Source of the DNA: Candidatus Latescibacterota bacterium
Lineage (GTDB): Bacteria; Latescibacterota; UBA2968; UBA8231
Assembly (NCBI GenBank): GCA_965243025.1
Contig: CBDETY010000003.1
Location: forward strand, 2,080,001 to 2,144,000
Reading direction: 5' to 3'
Length of the DNA stretch: 64,000 nucleotides
Under the pieces are notes generated by a model. That model saw only the letters and a list, made by a program, of their open reading frames with translations, searched no databases and was not told the origin of the DNA. The translations under genes and the position numbers were made by a program. Below are positions 46,976 through 57,167 of this stretch, in pieces (position 1 is the first letter of the stretch; each line of letters starts with the position of its first letter).

Positions 46976-48185
46976 GAGCGACATCCCCAGCGACCCCGGG
47001 GCGGCCCTTCTTCCGGCGGGGAGGTTACTGCGCAATCTGCGCTTGTTGGCCCTGCTTGCTCTCGGGGCGCCCGCTGCGAGCTGGGCCGACTGCCCCGACG
47101 ACTACGACCCGGCCAAGGACTACTTCCCCCACAAGGCCGAACTGCAGTACGCCGAGAGCTTCGCGATCGAGTACTTCGGCAGCTACAAGCTGGTCACCGT
47201 GCGCACCCCGTGGCCCGGCGCCGAAGAAGCCGTCCGCTACCTGCTGTTCCAGTGCGGCACCCCGCCACCGGAGGGGTACGAGGGGGTCCAGCGCATCACC
47301 GTGCCGGTGCGCCGACTCGCGACCCTGTCGACCACCCAGCTGCCGCACCTCGAACTGCTCGGCGCCCTCGACAACCTGGTCGCGGTCAGCGACATCGCAA
47401 TGGTGAACTCCCCCGGGGTCAACCGCCGTTTCGAGGCCGGCGGGATCGCCGAAATCGGCTACGGTCCAGGGGTCAATCTCGAGCTGGTGCTGGAACTGGA
47501 GACCGGCCTGGTCATGACCTCGGCCAGCGCCCGGTCCCGGCACAACGCCCACCCGGTCCTGCGGCAGGCCGGCGTCGCCGTGGCGATCAACGCCGAGTAC
47601 ACCGAACCCTCGCTTCTCGGCCGCAGCGAATGGCTCAAGTTCACCGCGGCCTTCCTCAACGCCGAGGCCCTGGCGGAAGAGCGGTTCGCCGGGATCGCCG
47701 CCCGCTACCACCGGTACGCCGCCCTGGTGCGGGATGTGCCGGCCCAGAGGCGCCCCACGGTGTTCGGCGGCTCCCTGTGGCGCGACACCTGGCACGTGGC
47801 CGGGGGGCGCAGCTACGCGGCGCAGCTGGTCGCCGCCGCGGGAGGCGCCTACCTGTGGGCGGACGACGATTCCAGGGGCAGCCTGCCCCTCGACTTCGAG
47901 GCGGTGTACGAAAAGGCCCACGCCGCCGACATCTGGCTGACCATGCGCAACGAGTGGCGGTCGCTGGCCGAGGTGCAGGCCGCCGACGAGCGCTACACCG
48001 CGTTCGCGGCCTTCCAGAGCGGCCGGGTCTACAATGCCAACGCCCGGCTCAACGCCCACGGCGGCAACGACTACTGGGAAAGGGGCCTCGTCGAGCCCCA
48101 CATCGTGCTGGCCGACCTGATAAGGATCCTGCATCCCGAACGGCTTCCGGAACACCAACTCGAGTACTACCGGAAACTGGACTGA
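46968..48185 (+). CDS. Cobalamin/iron ABC transporter periplasmic binding protein (BtuF-like)
   Basis: Signal peptide; YAESFAIEY, VPVRR...STT, E.SLLGRSEWLKF, NDYWE.G..EP..VLADL. Confidence 0.88.
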   Translation: MSESDIPSDPGAALLPAGRLLRNLRLLALLALGAPAASWADCPDDYDPAKDYFPHKAELQYAESFAIEYFGSYKLVTVRTPWPGAEEAVRYLLFQCGTPPPEGYEGVQRITVPVRRLATLSTTQLPHLELLGALDNLVAVSDIAMVNSPGVNRRFEAGGIAEIGYGPGVNLELVLELETGLVMTSASARSRHNAHPVLRQAGVAVAINAEYTEPSLLGRSEWLKFTAAFLNAEALAEERFAGIAARYHRYAALVRDVPAQRRPTVFGGSLWRDTWHVAGGRSYAAQLVAAAGGAYLWADDDSRGSLPLDFEAVYEKAHAADIWLTMRNEWRSLAEVQAADERYTAFAAFQSGRVYNANARLNAHGGNDYWERGLVEPHIVLADLIRILHPERLPEHQLEYYRKLD

Positions 48186-48190
48186 GACCG

Positions 48191-49279
48191 GTGCCCGCCC
48201 GTTCCGATAGCGCCGCGCACGCCCCCCCCTTGCCCCGGCCGGGGCCGCGCCCGTGGCTCTTTCCGGGCATGGCCGCCGCCCTGCTCGGCTTTTTCGCGCT
48301 CAGCCTCGGCGTCGGGTCGGTCTCGATTCCGCTCGACTCGGTGGTCGCCATCCTCTGGGACGGGGCCGGCGAGAAACCGAGCTGGACCCACATCGTCCAC
48401 TCGATCCGCCTGCCGCGCGCGCTCACCGCGGTACTGGCCGGGGCCGCCCTGAGCGCCAGCGGCCTGCAGATGCAGACGCTGTTCCGCAATCCCCTCGCCG
48501 ACCCCTTCATCCTCGGCATCAGCGCCGGGGCCAGTCTGGGGGTCGCCCTGGTCGTCCTGGGAACCGGGATCACCGGGGCCGGGCTCCTGGCCGGGCTCGG
48601 GCTTCTGGGACAGGCCGGGGTGGTCGCCGCGGCGGTGGCAGGCGCCGCCCTGGTTCTCGGCCTCGTGCTCCTGGTCGGCCGGCGCCTGCAGCACGTCATG
48701 ACCCTGCTCATCCTCGGCCTGATGTTCGGCTACCTGACCGGCGCCCTGGTCAGCGTGCTGCTCTACTTCAGCATTCCCGAGCAGGTGCAGACCTACGTGC
48801 TGTGGACCTTCGGCAGCTTCGGCGCCGTAACCTGGGGACAGCTCTCCGTCCTGGCGCCGGTGGTTCTCGCCGGCCTGGGGATCGCCGGCCTGCTGGTCAA
48901 GCCCCTCAACGCCCTGCTCCTCGGCGAGACCTACGCCCGCAGCATGGGCCTGGGGGCGCGTCCGGCGCGGCTGTGGATCATCGCCAGCGCCGCGCTGCTC
49001 GCCGGCGCGGTCACCGCCTACTGCGGCCCCATAGGGTTTGTAGGGGTAGCGGTCCCGCACCTGTGCCGCGCCCTCTTCAACACCTCCGACCACCGCGTGC
49101 TGCTGCCTGCCTGCCTGCTTTCGGGCGGCATGCTGGCCCTGGCCGCGGACCTGTTGGCCCGCCTGCCGGGAAGCCAGGCCACCCTGCCGCTCAACGCCGT
49201 CACCGCCCTGATCGGGGCGCCGGTGGTCACCTGGATCATCCTGCGCCGCCGCACCCTGCGGCAGTCGTTCGCCGCCTGA
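48191..49279 (+). CDS. btuC: ABC transporter permease, FecCD/BtuC family
   Basis: RLPRAL, QTLFRNPLADP.ILGISAGA, LLLGE.YARSMG, GPIGFVG...PH; start GTG 48191 or ATG 48269. Confidence 0.9.
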   Translation: MPARSDSAAHAPPLPRPGPRPWLFPGMAAALLGFFALSLGVGSVSIPLDSVVAILWDGAGEKPSWTHIVHSIRLPRALTAVLAGAALSASGLQMQTLFRNPLADPFILGISAGASLGVALVVLGTGITGAGLLAGLGLLGQAGVVAAAVAGAALVLGLVLLVGRRLQHVMTLLILGLMFGYLTGALVSVLLYFSIPEQVQTYVLWTFGSFGAVTWGQLSVLAPVVLAGLGIAGLLVKPLNALLLGETYARSMGLGARPARLWIIASAALLAGAVTAYCGPIGFVGVAVPHLCRALFNTSDHRVLLPACLLSGGMLALAADLLARLPGSQATLPLNAVTALIGAPVVTWIILRRRTLRQSFAA

Positions 49280-49284
49280 CCGCC

Positions 49285-50334
49285 GTGAGTGCAGCCATTC
49301 TGCAGGCAAGAGGTCTGTGCATCGGGTACGCCCCCAGGCGGCGCCCCCGCCTCGAGGTGGCCGCGGACCTGGAGGTCGAGCTGCTCGAGGGAGAGCTCGT
49401 CTGCCTGCTGGGGCCGAACGGCGCCGGCAAGTCCACGCTGGTGCGCACCCTGTCGGGCCTGCAGAGACCGCTTTCCGGTGAGGTGCTCCTCCGGGGCCGC
49501 GACCTTCACGCACTCACCGAGGGAGAACGGGCGCAACTGCTGGGGCTCGTCCTCACCGAGCGGGTCGACGCGGGCAACCTGTCGGCATACGCCCTCGCCG
49601 GACTGGGCCGCTACCCCTACACCGGCTGGGACGGGCGCCTTTCAGCTGCCGACGAGGAGGTGGTGCGCCGGGCCCTGGCCGCGGTCGGGGCCGGGGACCT
49701 CGCCGCCCGCAGCGTCGGCGAGCTCAGCGACGGCGAGCGGCAGAAGGTGATGATCGCACGGGCCCTCGCCCAGGAACCCGCCGTGCTCCTGCTCGACGAG
49801 CCCACCGCCTTTCTCGACCTGCCCCGGCGGGTCGAAATCCTGCGGTTGCTGAGAGACCTGGCCGGGGCCGGCGGCCGCGCCGTGCTGCTGTCCACCCACG
49901 ACCTCGACCTGGCCCTGCGCTGCGCCGACCGCCTCTGGCTGCTGCCGCCGGGCGGCCCCCTGCAGACCGGGGCCCCGGAGGACCTGGTGCTTAGCGGAGC
50001 CTTCCAGCGGACCTTCGCCGGCGTCGAGTTCAATACCGCGACCGGTTCCTTCCAGCTGGAACAGGAGCCGGAAGGGGTGGTCGGCCTGGAGGGAGAAGGG
50101 CTCCATGCCCTGTGGACGGCGCGCGCCCTGGAGCGGGCCGGCTTCCGCGTCGACACCGCTGAGAATGCCCGGATTCGCGTCGAGCTTCTCCAGGACGGGG
50201 GCGCTACCGCCTGGCGCCTCCGGACCGGGGCGGAACCCCGGGTCTGCGCCACTCTTCACGAGGTGGTCGGCTGCCTGAAACATCACCTTGCCGATAGCGG
50301 CGAGCCCCCGCTCGAAGGAAGCGGGGATCGATGA
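49285..50334 (+). CDS. btuD: ABC transporter ATP-binding protein, FepC/BtuD family
   Basis: GPNGAGKST, LSDGERQK, LLLDEPT, STHD. Confidence 0.92.
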   Translation: MSAAILQARGLCIGYAPRRRPRLEVAADLEVELLEGELVCLLGPNGAGKSTLVRTLSGLQRPLSGEVLLRGRDLHALTEGERAQLLGLVLTERVDAGNLSAYALAGLGRYPYTGWDGRLSAADEEVVRRALAAVGAGDLAARSVGELSDGERQKVMIARALAQEPAVLLLDEPTAFLDLPRRVEILRLLRDLAGAGGRAVLLSTHDLDLALRCADRLWLLPPGGPLQTGAPEDLVLSGAFQRTFAGVEFNTATGSFQLEQEPEGVVGLEGEGLHALWTARALERAGFRVDTAENARIRVELLQDGGATAWRLRTGAEPRVCATLHEVVGCLKHHLADSGEPPLEGSGDR

Positions 50335-51260
50335 ACCGCGTCGTCTCCCTGCTGCCGAGCAGCACCGAGATCATCTGCGCCCTCGGCTGCGGGGAGCGCC
50401 TGGTCGGCCGCTCCCACGAGTGCGACTACCCTCCGGGGGTCGGAGACCTGCCGGCATGCACGGCGCCCAAGTTCGACCCGGACGGCACCTCGTACCAGAT
50501 CGATCAGCGGGTCAAGGCGATACTCCAGGAGGCGGTCTCCGTGTACCGGGTGGACGCCGGCCTGCTCGACGAGCTGGAACCGGATCTGCTCGTGACGCAG
50601 TCGCAGTGCGAGGTCTGCGCCGTCAGCCTCGAGGAGGTCGAGAAGGCGGCCTGCCAGCTGGTGCGCTCCCGGCCGGCCATTCTTTCCCTGGAGCCCAACC
50701 GCCTCGCCGATGTCTGGGACGATATCGAACGGGTCGCCGCGGCCCTCGAAGTCGAGGACCGGGGCCGCGCCCTGGCGTCCGGACTGCGGGACCGTCTCGA
50801 ATCGATCGCCTCCCGCACCCCCTGCATTGACGACCGCCCGCGGGTCGCCTGCATCGAGTGGTTCGAGCCGCTGATGGCGGCGGGCAACTGGGTTCCCGAG
50901 CTGGTGGAGATTGCTGGAGGCCGGCACCTCTTCGCCGCCGCGGGAGGGCATTCCCCCTGGCTGTCGTGGGAGGCCCTCGAAGAGGCGCAGCCGGACTGCA
51001 TCGTGCTGATGCCGTGCGGCTTCGACATCCCCCGCTCCCGGAGCGAACTCCCCGCGCTGACCCGGCAGCCGGGGTGGCCGCGGTTGCGGGCGGTGCAGGA
51101 GGGGCGGGTGTTCCTCACCGACGGCAACCAGTTCTTCAACCGCCCGGGGCCGCGCCTCGTGGAGTCGGCGGAAATCCTCGCCGAAATCCTGCATCCCCGG
51201 TATTTCGAGTGCACCCGCGAGGTTTCGGGATGGGAGCGGTGGGAAGGGCCTGCCGGATGA
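50331..51260 (+). CDS. BtuF/TroA-like cobalamin-binding protein without signal peptide
   Basis: MNRVVSLLPSSTEII.ALG...GRSHECDYP, QSQCEVCAV, GNWVPE, MPCGF, FNRPGPRL. Confidence 0.85.
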   Translation: MNRVVSLLPSSTEIICALGCGERLVGRSHECDYPPGVGDLPACTAPKFDPDGTSYQIDQRVKAILQEAVSVYRVDAGLLDELEPDLLVTQSQCEVCAVSLEEVEKAACQLVRSRPAILSLEPNRLADVWDDIERVAAALEVEDRGRALASGLRDRLESIASRTPCIDDRPRVACIEWFEPLMAAGNWVPELVEIAGGRHLFAAAGGHSPWLSWEALEEAQPDCIVLMPCGFDIPRSRSELPALTRQPGWPRLRAVQEGRVFLTDGNQFFNRPGPRLVESAEILAEILHPRYFECTREVSGWERWEGPAG

Positions 51261-51325
51261 CCGGAAAGCCGATATGCAAGACCGGGATTGCCGGGGCCGG
51301 GAACTTCGAGGAAAGGTTTTGAGAA

Positions 51326-52471
51326 ATGGACGAGACCCTCGCCTGTGAAAGCGGGTACGCCGTCCGCCGCCGCGGCCGCTTCCTCATCGTCGAGCTCCTG
51401 CAGCCGCACCGGGTGCTGTGCACCTCGGCCCATGGCGGCGGCCAGCGCGAGGACCTGCGCTACCTCGTCAACCACCAGAGCTGCGAAGGCCGCGGCCACC
51501 AGTCGCGCTTCCTGCTTCTCAAGCAGCTCGGCGAGGCCGGGTACCACCGCGCCGCCTGCGCGGAACTCGGACTGGATCCCGAAGCGGTTGCCCTGATGGG
51601 GACCGCGGCCAACATGAACTGCGCCTCCCTGGCGAGCGAGGAGTTCGCCGGCCTGCAGGTGCGGGCGGCGGTTACCGCCGGGGTCGAAGGGAATGCCGGG
51701 CGCGCCGGCGATCCGGCCCGCTGGCACGAAGGGGAGGAGGGCTGGAGCGAGGTCGATCCCCACGCCGGCACGATCAACGTGCTGCTGCTGATCGACTGGC
51801 CGCTGACCCCGGCGGCCCTTGCCCGGGCGGCGATCACCCTCACCGAGGCCAAGTCGGCCGCCCTGCAGGAGCTGGCGGTCTCCAGCCGCTTTTCCCCCGA
51901 CCTTGCGACCGGCACGGGCACCGACCAGTACGGCATCGCCGCCCCGCTCGACGACCGTAGACCCAGGACCAACACCGGCCACCACTCCAGGCTCGGCGAG
52001 CTGATCGGCCGCTGCGTCCTGCGGGCAACCAGGGAGGCCCTGCGCTTGCAGAACGGGCTGGAGCCGTCCCACACCCGCAGCATTGCCTATGCCCTGCGGC
52101 GGTTCGGCCTCGACGAAACAGGCCTGGCGGCGGCGCTGAAGGAGCGTCTCGACGAGGAGGCATTCCTCCTGTTCGAGCAGAACCGGGAGGCGGTCCTGCG
52201 CGAACCGCAGGCGGTCGCCGCGGCCTACGGTTTCGCAGCGGTCTGCGACCGCGTGCGCCACGGGGTGCTCGCCCCCGACCAGGCCGCCCCCGTGCTGCGC
52301 CAGCAGGCGGCCGCCCTGGCCTCCTGCCTGGCCGCCCGGCCCGAGTCCTGGCAGAGCTGCTGGGAGCAGCTGACGGTCGATGCCGGCGAGCCCTCGCGGG
52401 CGGTGGCGGACGCCGTGGCACTGGGATGGCGTCGCAAATGGGACCAGTCCCCCGGCGGCCAATCACCGTGA
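51326..52471 (+). CDS. cbiZ: Adenosylcobinamide amidohydrolase CbiZ
   Basis: GTAANM, VTAGVEGNA, GTINV, TEAKSAAL, ATGTGTDQ. Confidence 0.88.
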   Translation: MDETLACESGYAVRRRGRFLIVELLQPHRVLCTSAHGGGQREDLRYLVNHQSCEGRGHQSRFLLLKQLGEAGYHRAACAELGLDPEAVALMGTAANMNCASLASEEFAGLQVRAAVTAGVEGNAGRAGDPARWHEGEEGWSEVDPHAGTINVLLLIDWPLTPAALARAAITLTEAKSAALQELAVSSRFSPDLATGTGTDQYGIAAPLDDRRPRTNTGHHSRLGELIGRCVLRATREALRLQNGLEPSHTRSIAYALRRFGLDETGLAAALKERLDEEAFLLFEQNREAVLREPQAVAAAYGFAAVCDRVRHGVLAPDQAAPVLRQQAAALASCLAARPESWQSCWEQLTVDAGEPSRAVADAVALGWRRKWDQSPGGQSP

Positions 52472-52568
52472 ATCCTGCCCACGCCAACTTGCTCCCCCGG
52501 GCTCAAATCAGGTCCCCGGCCACGGGGAACCATTCGCTGCGCCGGTCGAGCGCATCGGGCCGACAGCG

Positions 52569-53573
52569 GTGTTCGACACCTATTCTTCCGGCTGGCAGCT
52601 GAGCCTGGAATCCCTGGCGCCCGACCCGCTGCTCCTGCTGGGCGCAGTGGCCCTGGACGGGCTGATCGGCGACCCCGTCTACCCCCTGCACCCGGTCCGC
52701 CTGGCCGGGGCGGCCCTGTCGCGGATCGAAGCGGCGCTGCGTCTCCTGGGACTGGACGGACACCTCGGAGGCTGCCTGCTCTTCGCCGTCCTGGGCTGCC
52801 TCTGCGCGGGGCTGGTCAGCGTCGCGGCCCTGGCGCTAGGGCACCTGTCCCCCCTCCTCGCGTCGGTGTTTCACCTCTTCATGCTGTACAGCCTGCTCGC
52901 CCTGCGCGACCTGTTCCGGCACGGCCTGGCCATCGACCGCGCCGCCGGCGCCGGGGACCTGGTTGCGGCGCGGCGGGCAACCGCCATGCTGGTCGCCCGC
53001 GATACCGCCCCGATGGACGCGGCGGCCTGCCGCCGGGCAGGCATGGAAAGCCTCGCGGAAAACGCCGTGGACGGCTTCGTCTCGCCGCTTTTCTGGTACG
53101 CCCTGCTGGGACTTCCGGGGATCGCGCTCTTCAAGGTGATCAGCACCATGGATTCGATGGTCGGCAACCGGACCCCGCGCTACCTCCGCTTCGGCTGGTG
53201 CGGGGCCCGCCTCGACGACCTGTTCAACTCGGTGCCTGCCCGTCTCACCTACGCGCTGATGGTCCTGGCCGCGGCGCTGCTGCCGGGCTGCTCGGCCCGC
53301 AAGGCCCTGGTTGCGGGCTGGCGCCAGCACCGGCTCGTTCCCGGCCCCAACTCCGGCTGGAGCGAAGCCGCGGCCGCGGGAGCCTTGCAATGCCGCCTCG
53401 CCGGACCGATCTGGCAGGGAGGGGAGCGGATCACCGATCTCTGGCTCGGTTGCCCGGAAGACCCCGAGGGCGGACGCCCGGGCGACCTTCCCCGCACCTG
53501 CCTCTTCATCGCCGCAACCTGCCTTGTATTTGCCGGGGCGACGGCGCTGGCCCTGCGGGCGCTCTATCCCTGA
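52569..53573 (+). CDS. cbiB: Adenosylcobinamide-phosphate synthase CbiB/CobD
   Basis: DGLIGDP...HPVRL, ESLAEN.VDG..SPLF, TMDSMVG, ARLDD, PNSGWSEA; start uncertain. Confidence 0.92.
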   Translation: MFDTYSSGWQLSLESLAPDPLLLLGAVALDGLIGDPVYPLHPVRLAGAALSRIEAALRLLGLDGHLGGCLLFAVLGCLCAGLVSVAALALGHLSPLLASVFHLFMLYSLLALRDLFRHGLAIDRAAGAGDLVAARRATAMLVARDTAPMDAAACRRAGMESLAENAVDGFVSPLFWYALLGLPGIALFKVISTMDSMVGNRTPRYLRFGWCGARLDDLFNSVPARLTYALMVLAAALLPGCSARKALVAGWRQHRLVPGPNSGWSEAAAAGALQCRLAGPIWQGGERITDLWLGCPEDPEGGRPGDLPRTCLFIAATCLVFAGATALALRALYP

Positions 53574-53826
53574 CCCGGGAGCCGGTCGAGCAAAGAATGC
53601 AGGCGCCGTGCTGGCTCCCGTGACCGGAATGCGACTACGCGGAAACTGCGGGTGGACCGCTGGAAGTCCGTTACCCTGACGGTTTCCGCCAGGCTGGACC
53701 ACCGGGCCTCACCGGCGATCCCGGCTTTCACTCATCCGTTCACCCGTTTCCCCGCCCATACCGGATATCTACATTCCCGGTGGACATGCATTCGAACGGG
53801 CAGGAAGCCGTCGATGAGCGATCCTG

Positions 53827-54522
53827 GTGCCGGCACTGATTCGCATCGAAGGGGTGGAGAAGACCTACGACATGGGGGCGGTGCAGGTGCATGCCCTGCG
53901 CGGAGTGTCCCTGACCCTCGAGCGCAACGAGTACGTCGCCGTGATGGGCCCCTCCGGCTCGGGCAAATCGACCCTGATGAACATCATCGGCTGCCTCGAC
54001 GTTCCCACCGCCGGCACTTACGAGCTCAACGGGCAGCGCGTCAGCGAGATGGAGGACGACGACCTCGCCCGCGTCCGCAACCGGGAGATCGGCTTCGTCT
54101 TCCAGACCTTCAACCTGCTGCCCCGGGCCGACGCCCTGCGCAACGTCGAGCTGCCCCTGGTCTACGCCGGGCTCGGACAGCCCGCCCGGCGTGAGCGGGC
54201 AGAGGAAGCGCTCGCCTCCGTTGGGCTGAAAGACCGCATGCACCACCGGCCCAACGAGCTGTCCGGGGGTCAGAAACAGCGGGTCGCCATCGCCAGGGCC
54301 CTGGCCAACGAGCCCTCGATCATCCTCGCAGACGAGCCGACCGGCGCCCTCGACACCCGCACCGGGACCGAGATCATGTCCCTCTTCCAGAGGCTTCACG
54401 GCAACGGCCACACCATCGTCGTCGTCACCCACGAGGAGCACGTCGCCGCCTACGGCCGCCGCGTCGTCCGCTTCCGGGACGGCCTGGTCGAGAGCGACGG
54501 CGCCGCCGGGCCGGGAGGATGA
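53827..54522 (+). CDS. ABC exporter ATP-binding protein (MacB/LolD family)
   Basis: [44 protein letters not shown]. Confidence 0.95.
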   Translation: MPALIRIEGVEKTYDMGAVQVHALRGVSLTLERNEYVAVMGPSGSGKSTLMNIIGCLDVPTAGTYELNGQRVSEMEDDDLARVRNREIGFVFQTFNLLPRADALRNVELPLVYAGLGQPARRERAEEALASVGLKDRMHHRPNELSGGQKQRVAIARALANEPSIILADEPTGALDTRTGTEIMSLFQRLHGNGHTIVVVTHEEHVAAYGRRVVRFRDGLVESDGAAGPGG

Positions 54523-55769
54523 ACCGGCTTCTGCCAGGCCGGCGGGGAAAGCTGGTTGCCGCGGCCGCTGTCGCCGTCGCGGCAACCGCCGGCGTGCTCG
54601 CCCTGTCCGGCACCGGCACCGGGAAGGGCGAAGCCGCAGAGACCTTCGTCGTCGGCAGGGGGGAGTTCCGCGTTTCGCACTTCGAGGCGGGTGAGATCCG
54701 CGCCCGCAAGGACGAGAAGATCCTCGCCCCGGAGGTGCGCGGGAGGTTGAAGATCACCTACCTCTGGCCCGAGGGAGAGAAAGTCGAGATCGGCGACCTC
54801 ATCCTCACCTTCGACCGCAGCGAGCTCGAGGCCGAGGTCAAGAACGAGGCCGGAGAGCTGGAGAAAGCCCTGGCGGACCGGGAAAAGGGACTGGCCAACC
54901 AGGAGCAGGTCCTCGCGGAGCTGGCGGTACAGATAGAGAAGTCCGGGGCCGCCCTGGAGCTGGCGCGTATCAGCCTGCAGCGCAGCGAGTACGCCTCCCC
55001 GATCGTCCGCGAGGAGCGGAAGATCGAACTCGCCAAGGCGGAACGGGCGGTCGCCGAGGCGCGCGAGAACCTCGAGGCGCGCCGGATCGTCAACCGCGTC
55101 GAGCGCGCCAACTTCGACCTGAAGGTATCCCACCACGAGAAGCGTTACGACAAGGCGAGGAAGGACTTCGACCGGCTGACCGTGTACGCCCGGCGCCCGG
55201 GCATCGTCGTCTACGAAACCATCCGGAAGAGGGGGACCGGCCGCAGCGGCAAGGTGACCGAGGGGGACGTCGTCTGGGGCGGGACGTCGCTTCTGAGTCT
55301 TCCCGACCTCAGGGCGATGCAGGTGGTGTCGCAGATCGGCGAGATGGACGTCACCAGGGTGAAGCCGGGGCAGGAGGCGCTGATCCGGCTCGAGGCGTTC
55401 CCCGGCCCGGTGTTCCACGGCGAGGTGGCGGCGGTGGCGCCGATGGCCGGCGAGGTCGAGGACGCCCCCAACGTGCACGTCTTCGAGATGGTCGTCGACA
55501 TCGAGGAGCAGGACGACCGCCTCTACCCGGGGATGTCGGCCGCTGTCGAGATCGTCCTGCAATCGATCCCCGACGTGGTGCGGGTGCCGCTGTCGGCGGT
55601 CCGCCTGGAGGAGGAGCGCGCCATCGTCTGGCGATCCGGGGCAGGCGGGTTCACCCCGGTAGAGGTGACCGCCGGCCCCCACAACGGCACCGAGGTCGCC
55701 ATCGAGTCCGGCCTGGAAGCCGGTGACGTTGTCGCCCTCCACGCCTCCTCGGTACCTTTGCCGCCATGA
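54519..55769 (+). CDS. Periplasmic adaptor (MacA/HlyD-like) 1
   Basis: N-terminal anchor, lipoyl-half motifs, long coiled coil, PGMSA, GLEAGD.V. Confidence 0.88.
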   Translation: MNRLLPGRRGKLVAAAAVAVAATAGVLALSGTGTGKGEAAETFVVGRGEFRVSHFEAGEIRARKDEKILAPEVRGRLKITYLWPEGEKVEIGDLILTFDRSELEAEVKNEAGELEKALADREKGLANQEQVLAELAVQIEKSGAALELARISLQRSEYASPIVREERKIELAKAERAVAEARENLEARRIVNRVERANFDLKVSHHEKRYDKARKDFDRLTVYARRPGIVVYETIRKRGTGRSGKVTEGDVVWGGTSLLSLPDLRAMQVVSQIGEMDVTRVKPGQEALIRLEAFPGPVFHGEVAAVAPMAGEVEDAPNVHVFEMVVDIEEQDDRLYPGMSAAVEIVLQSIPDVVRVPLSAVRLEEERAIVWRSGAGGFTPVEVTAGPHNGTEVAIESGLEAGDVVALHASSVPLPP

Positions 55770-57151
55770 CCGCTTCCTCCTCTCCCCCCACCGGGGGCGC
55801 GTCCCGGCTGCACCGGCGCAGGCTCATCGGCGCCGCTGCCGTCGTTCTGGTCGCGGGCATGGTCGCCGGTTTCCGGGTGCTGATGCCGGAAGCGTCCCCG
55901 GAAGTTGCCTCGTTCCCCGTCAGTCAGGGGGAGTTCCACATTACCCTGTCGCTCTCCAACGGCGAGCTCGAAGCGGTGAACGCCGAGCAGATCAACGCCC
56001 CCCAGGTGCGCGGCCAGCTCAAGATCACCAAGCTTTTTCCCGAGGGGGAAACCGTCGAGATCGGAGATCTCGTCATCGAGTTCGACAAGGCGGAGTTCGT
56101 CAAGAGGGTGACCGAGGCGCGGCAGGAGCTCGAGGCGAGCAGGGCGGAGCTCGAGAAGACGATAGCCAACCAGAAGGTCGAAATCGGGCGCCAGGAGTCG
56201 GACATCCACAACAAGGAGGCGGAGCTCAGGCTGGCGCAGCTGAAGCTGAAGAAGATGGAATTCGAGTCGCTGATCGACAAAGAGGAGACCCGCCTCCAGG
56301 TGAGACAGTCCGAACTCGCCCTCGAGCAGGCGGGCAGGAAACTCGAGGCGCAGCGGATCGTCGACCAGGCGGAGAAGAAGAAGCAGGAGCTCGACGTCGC
56401 CCAGAAGGAACGGGGCCTCGACAAGGCGGAAAAGGACCTCGAGAGCCTGTCGGTCCATGCCGACAAACCGGGACTCGTCGTGTACGAGAAGATCTGGAAG
56501 GGCTCCCGCCCCGAGAAGATCCGCGTCGGCGACGAGCCCTGGGGCGGCGCCACCCTCGTGACGCTTCCCGATCTGGCTGCAATGCAGGTCAAGACCTGGG
56601 TCAACGAGGTCGACGTCGACAAACTCGAGGTCGGGCAGCGGACGACCATCGAGCTCGACGCCCTGCCCGGTCCCACCTTTCCCGGCTCGATCACCAGCAT
56701 CGCCTCCCTGGGCCACGAGAAGGAGGGGGACAAGAACGTCAAGGTCTTCGACGTGGTCATCGGCATCGAGGAGGAGGACCGGCGTCTGAAGCCGGGAATG
56801 TCCGCCTCCTCGGTGGTGGTGATCGAAACGGTTCCGGAGCCGCGGGCCGACGGGGATTCCCTCGAGGTCAGCCCGCCCCCCGAGGCGGAGGAACACCCCG
56901 GCTTTCCACTCTACATCCCGCTCGACGCGGTCTTTGAAAAAGGGGGCGAGACCCTCGTCTACCGGGTGCGGGGCGGAGGCACCGAGGAGCGCAGGGTCGT
57001 CCTGGGAAAGCGCAACGACGACTACGTCATCGTCGAGGAGGGCCTGGGAGCCGGGGACCGCGTCGCCCTGCGCGACCCGACCCTGATGCTCGAGCACCTC
57101 GGCGGCATGCCCGGCGAGGCGGTGACCCCCGCCGCCCTGACCGCCGAATAA
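55766..57151 (+). CDS. Periplasmic adaptor (MacA/HlyD-like) 2
   Basis: Visibly paralogous to adaptor 1 (APQVRGQLKIT, EGETVEIGDL, LPDL.AMQV, KPGMSA, GLGAGDRV). Confidence 0.88.
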   Translation: MTASSSPPTGGASRLHRRRLIGAAAVVLVAGMVAGFRVLMPEASPEVASFPVSQGEFHITLSLSNGELEAVNAEQINAPQVRGQLKITKLFPEGETVEIGDLVIEFDKAEFVKRVTEARQELEASRAELEKTIANQKVEIGRQESDIHNKEAELRLAQLKLKKMEFESLIDKEETRLQVRQSELALEQAGRKLEAQRIVDQAEKKKQELDVAQKERGLDKAEKDLESLSVHADKPGLVVYEKIWKGSRPEKIRVGDEPWGGATLVTLPDLAAMQVKTWVNEVDVDKLEVGQRTTIELDALPGPTFPGSITSIASLGHEKEGDKNVKVFDVVIGIEEEDRRLKPGMSASSVVVIETVPEPRADGDSLEVSPPPEAEEHPGFPLYIPLDAVFEKGGETLVYRVRGGGTEERRVVLGKRNDDYVIVEEGLGAGDRVALRDPTLMLEHLGGMPGEAVTPAALTAE

Positions 57152-57167
57152 CCACCTGCCGGCGCCG

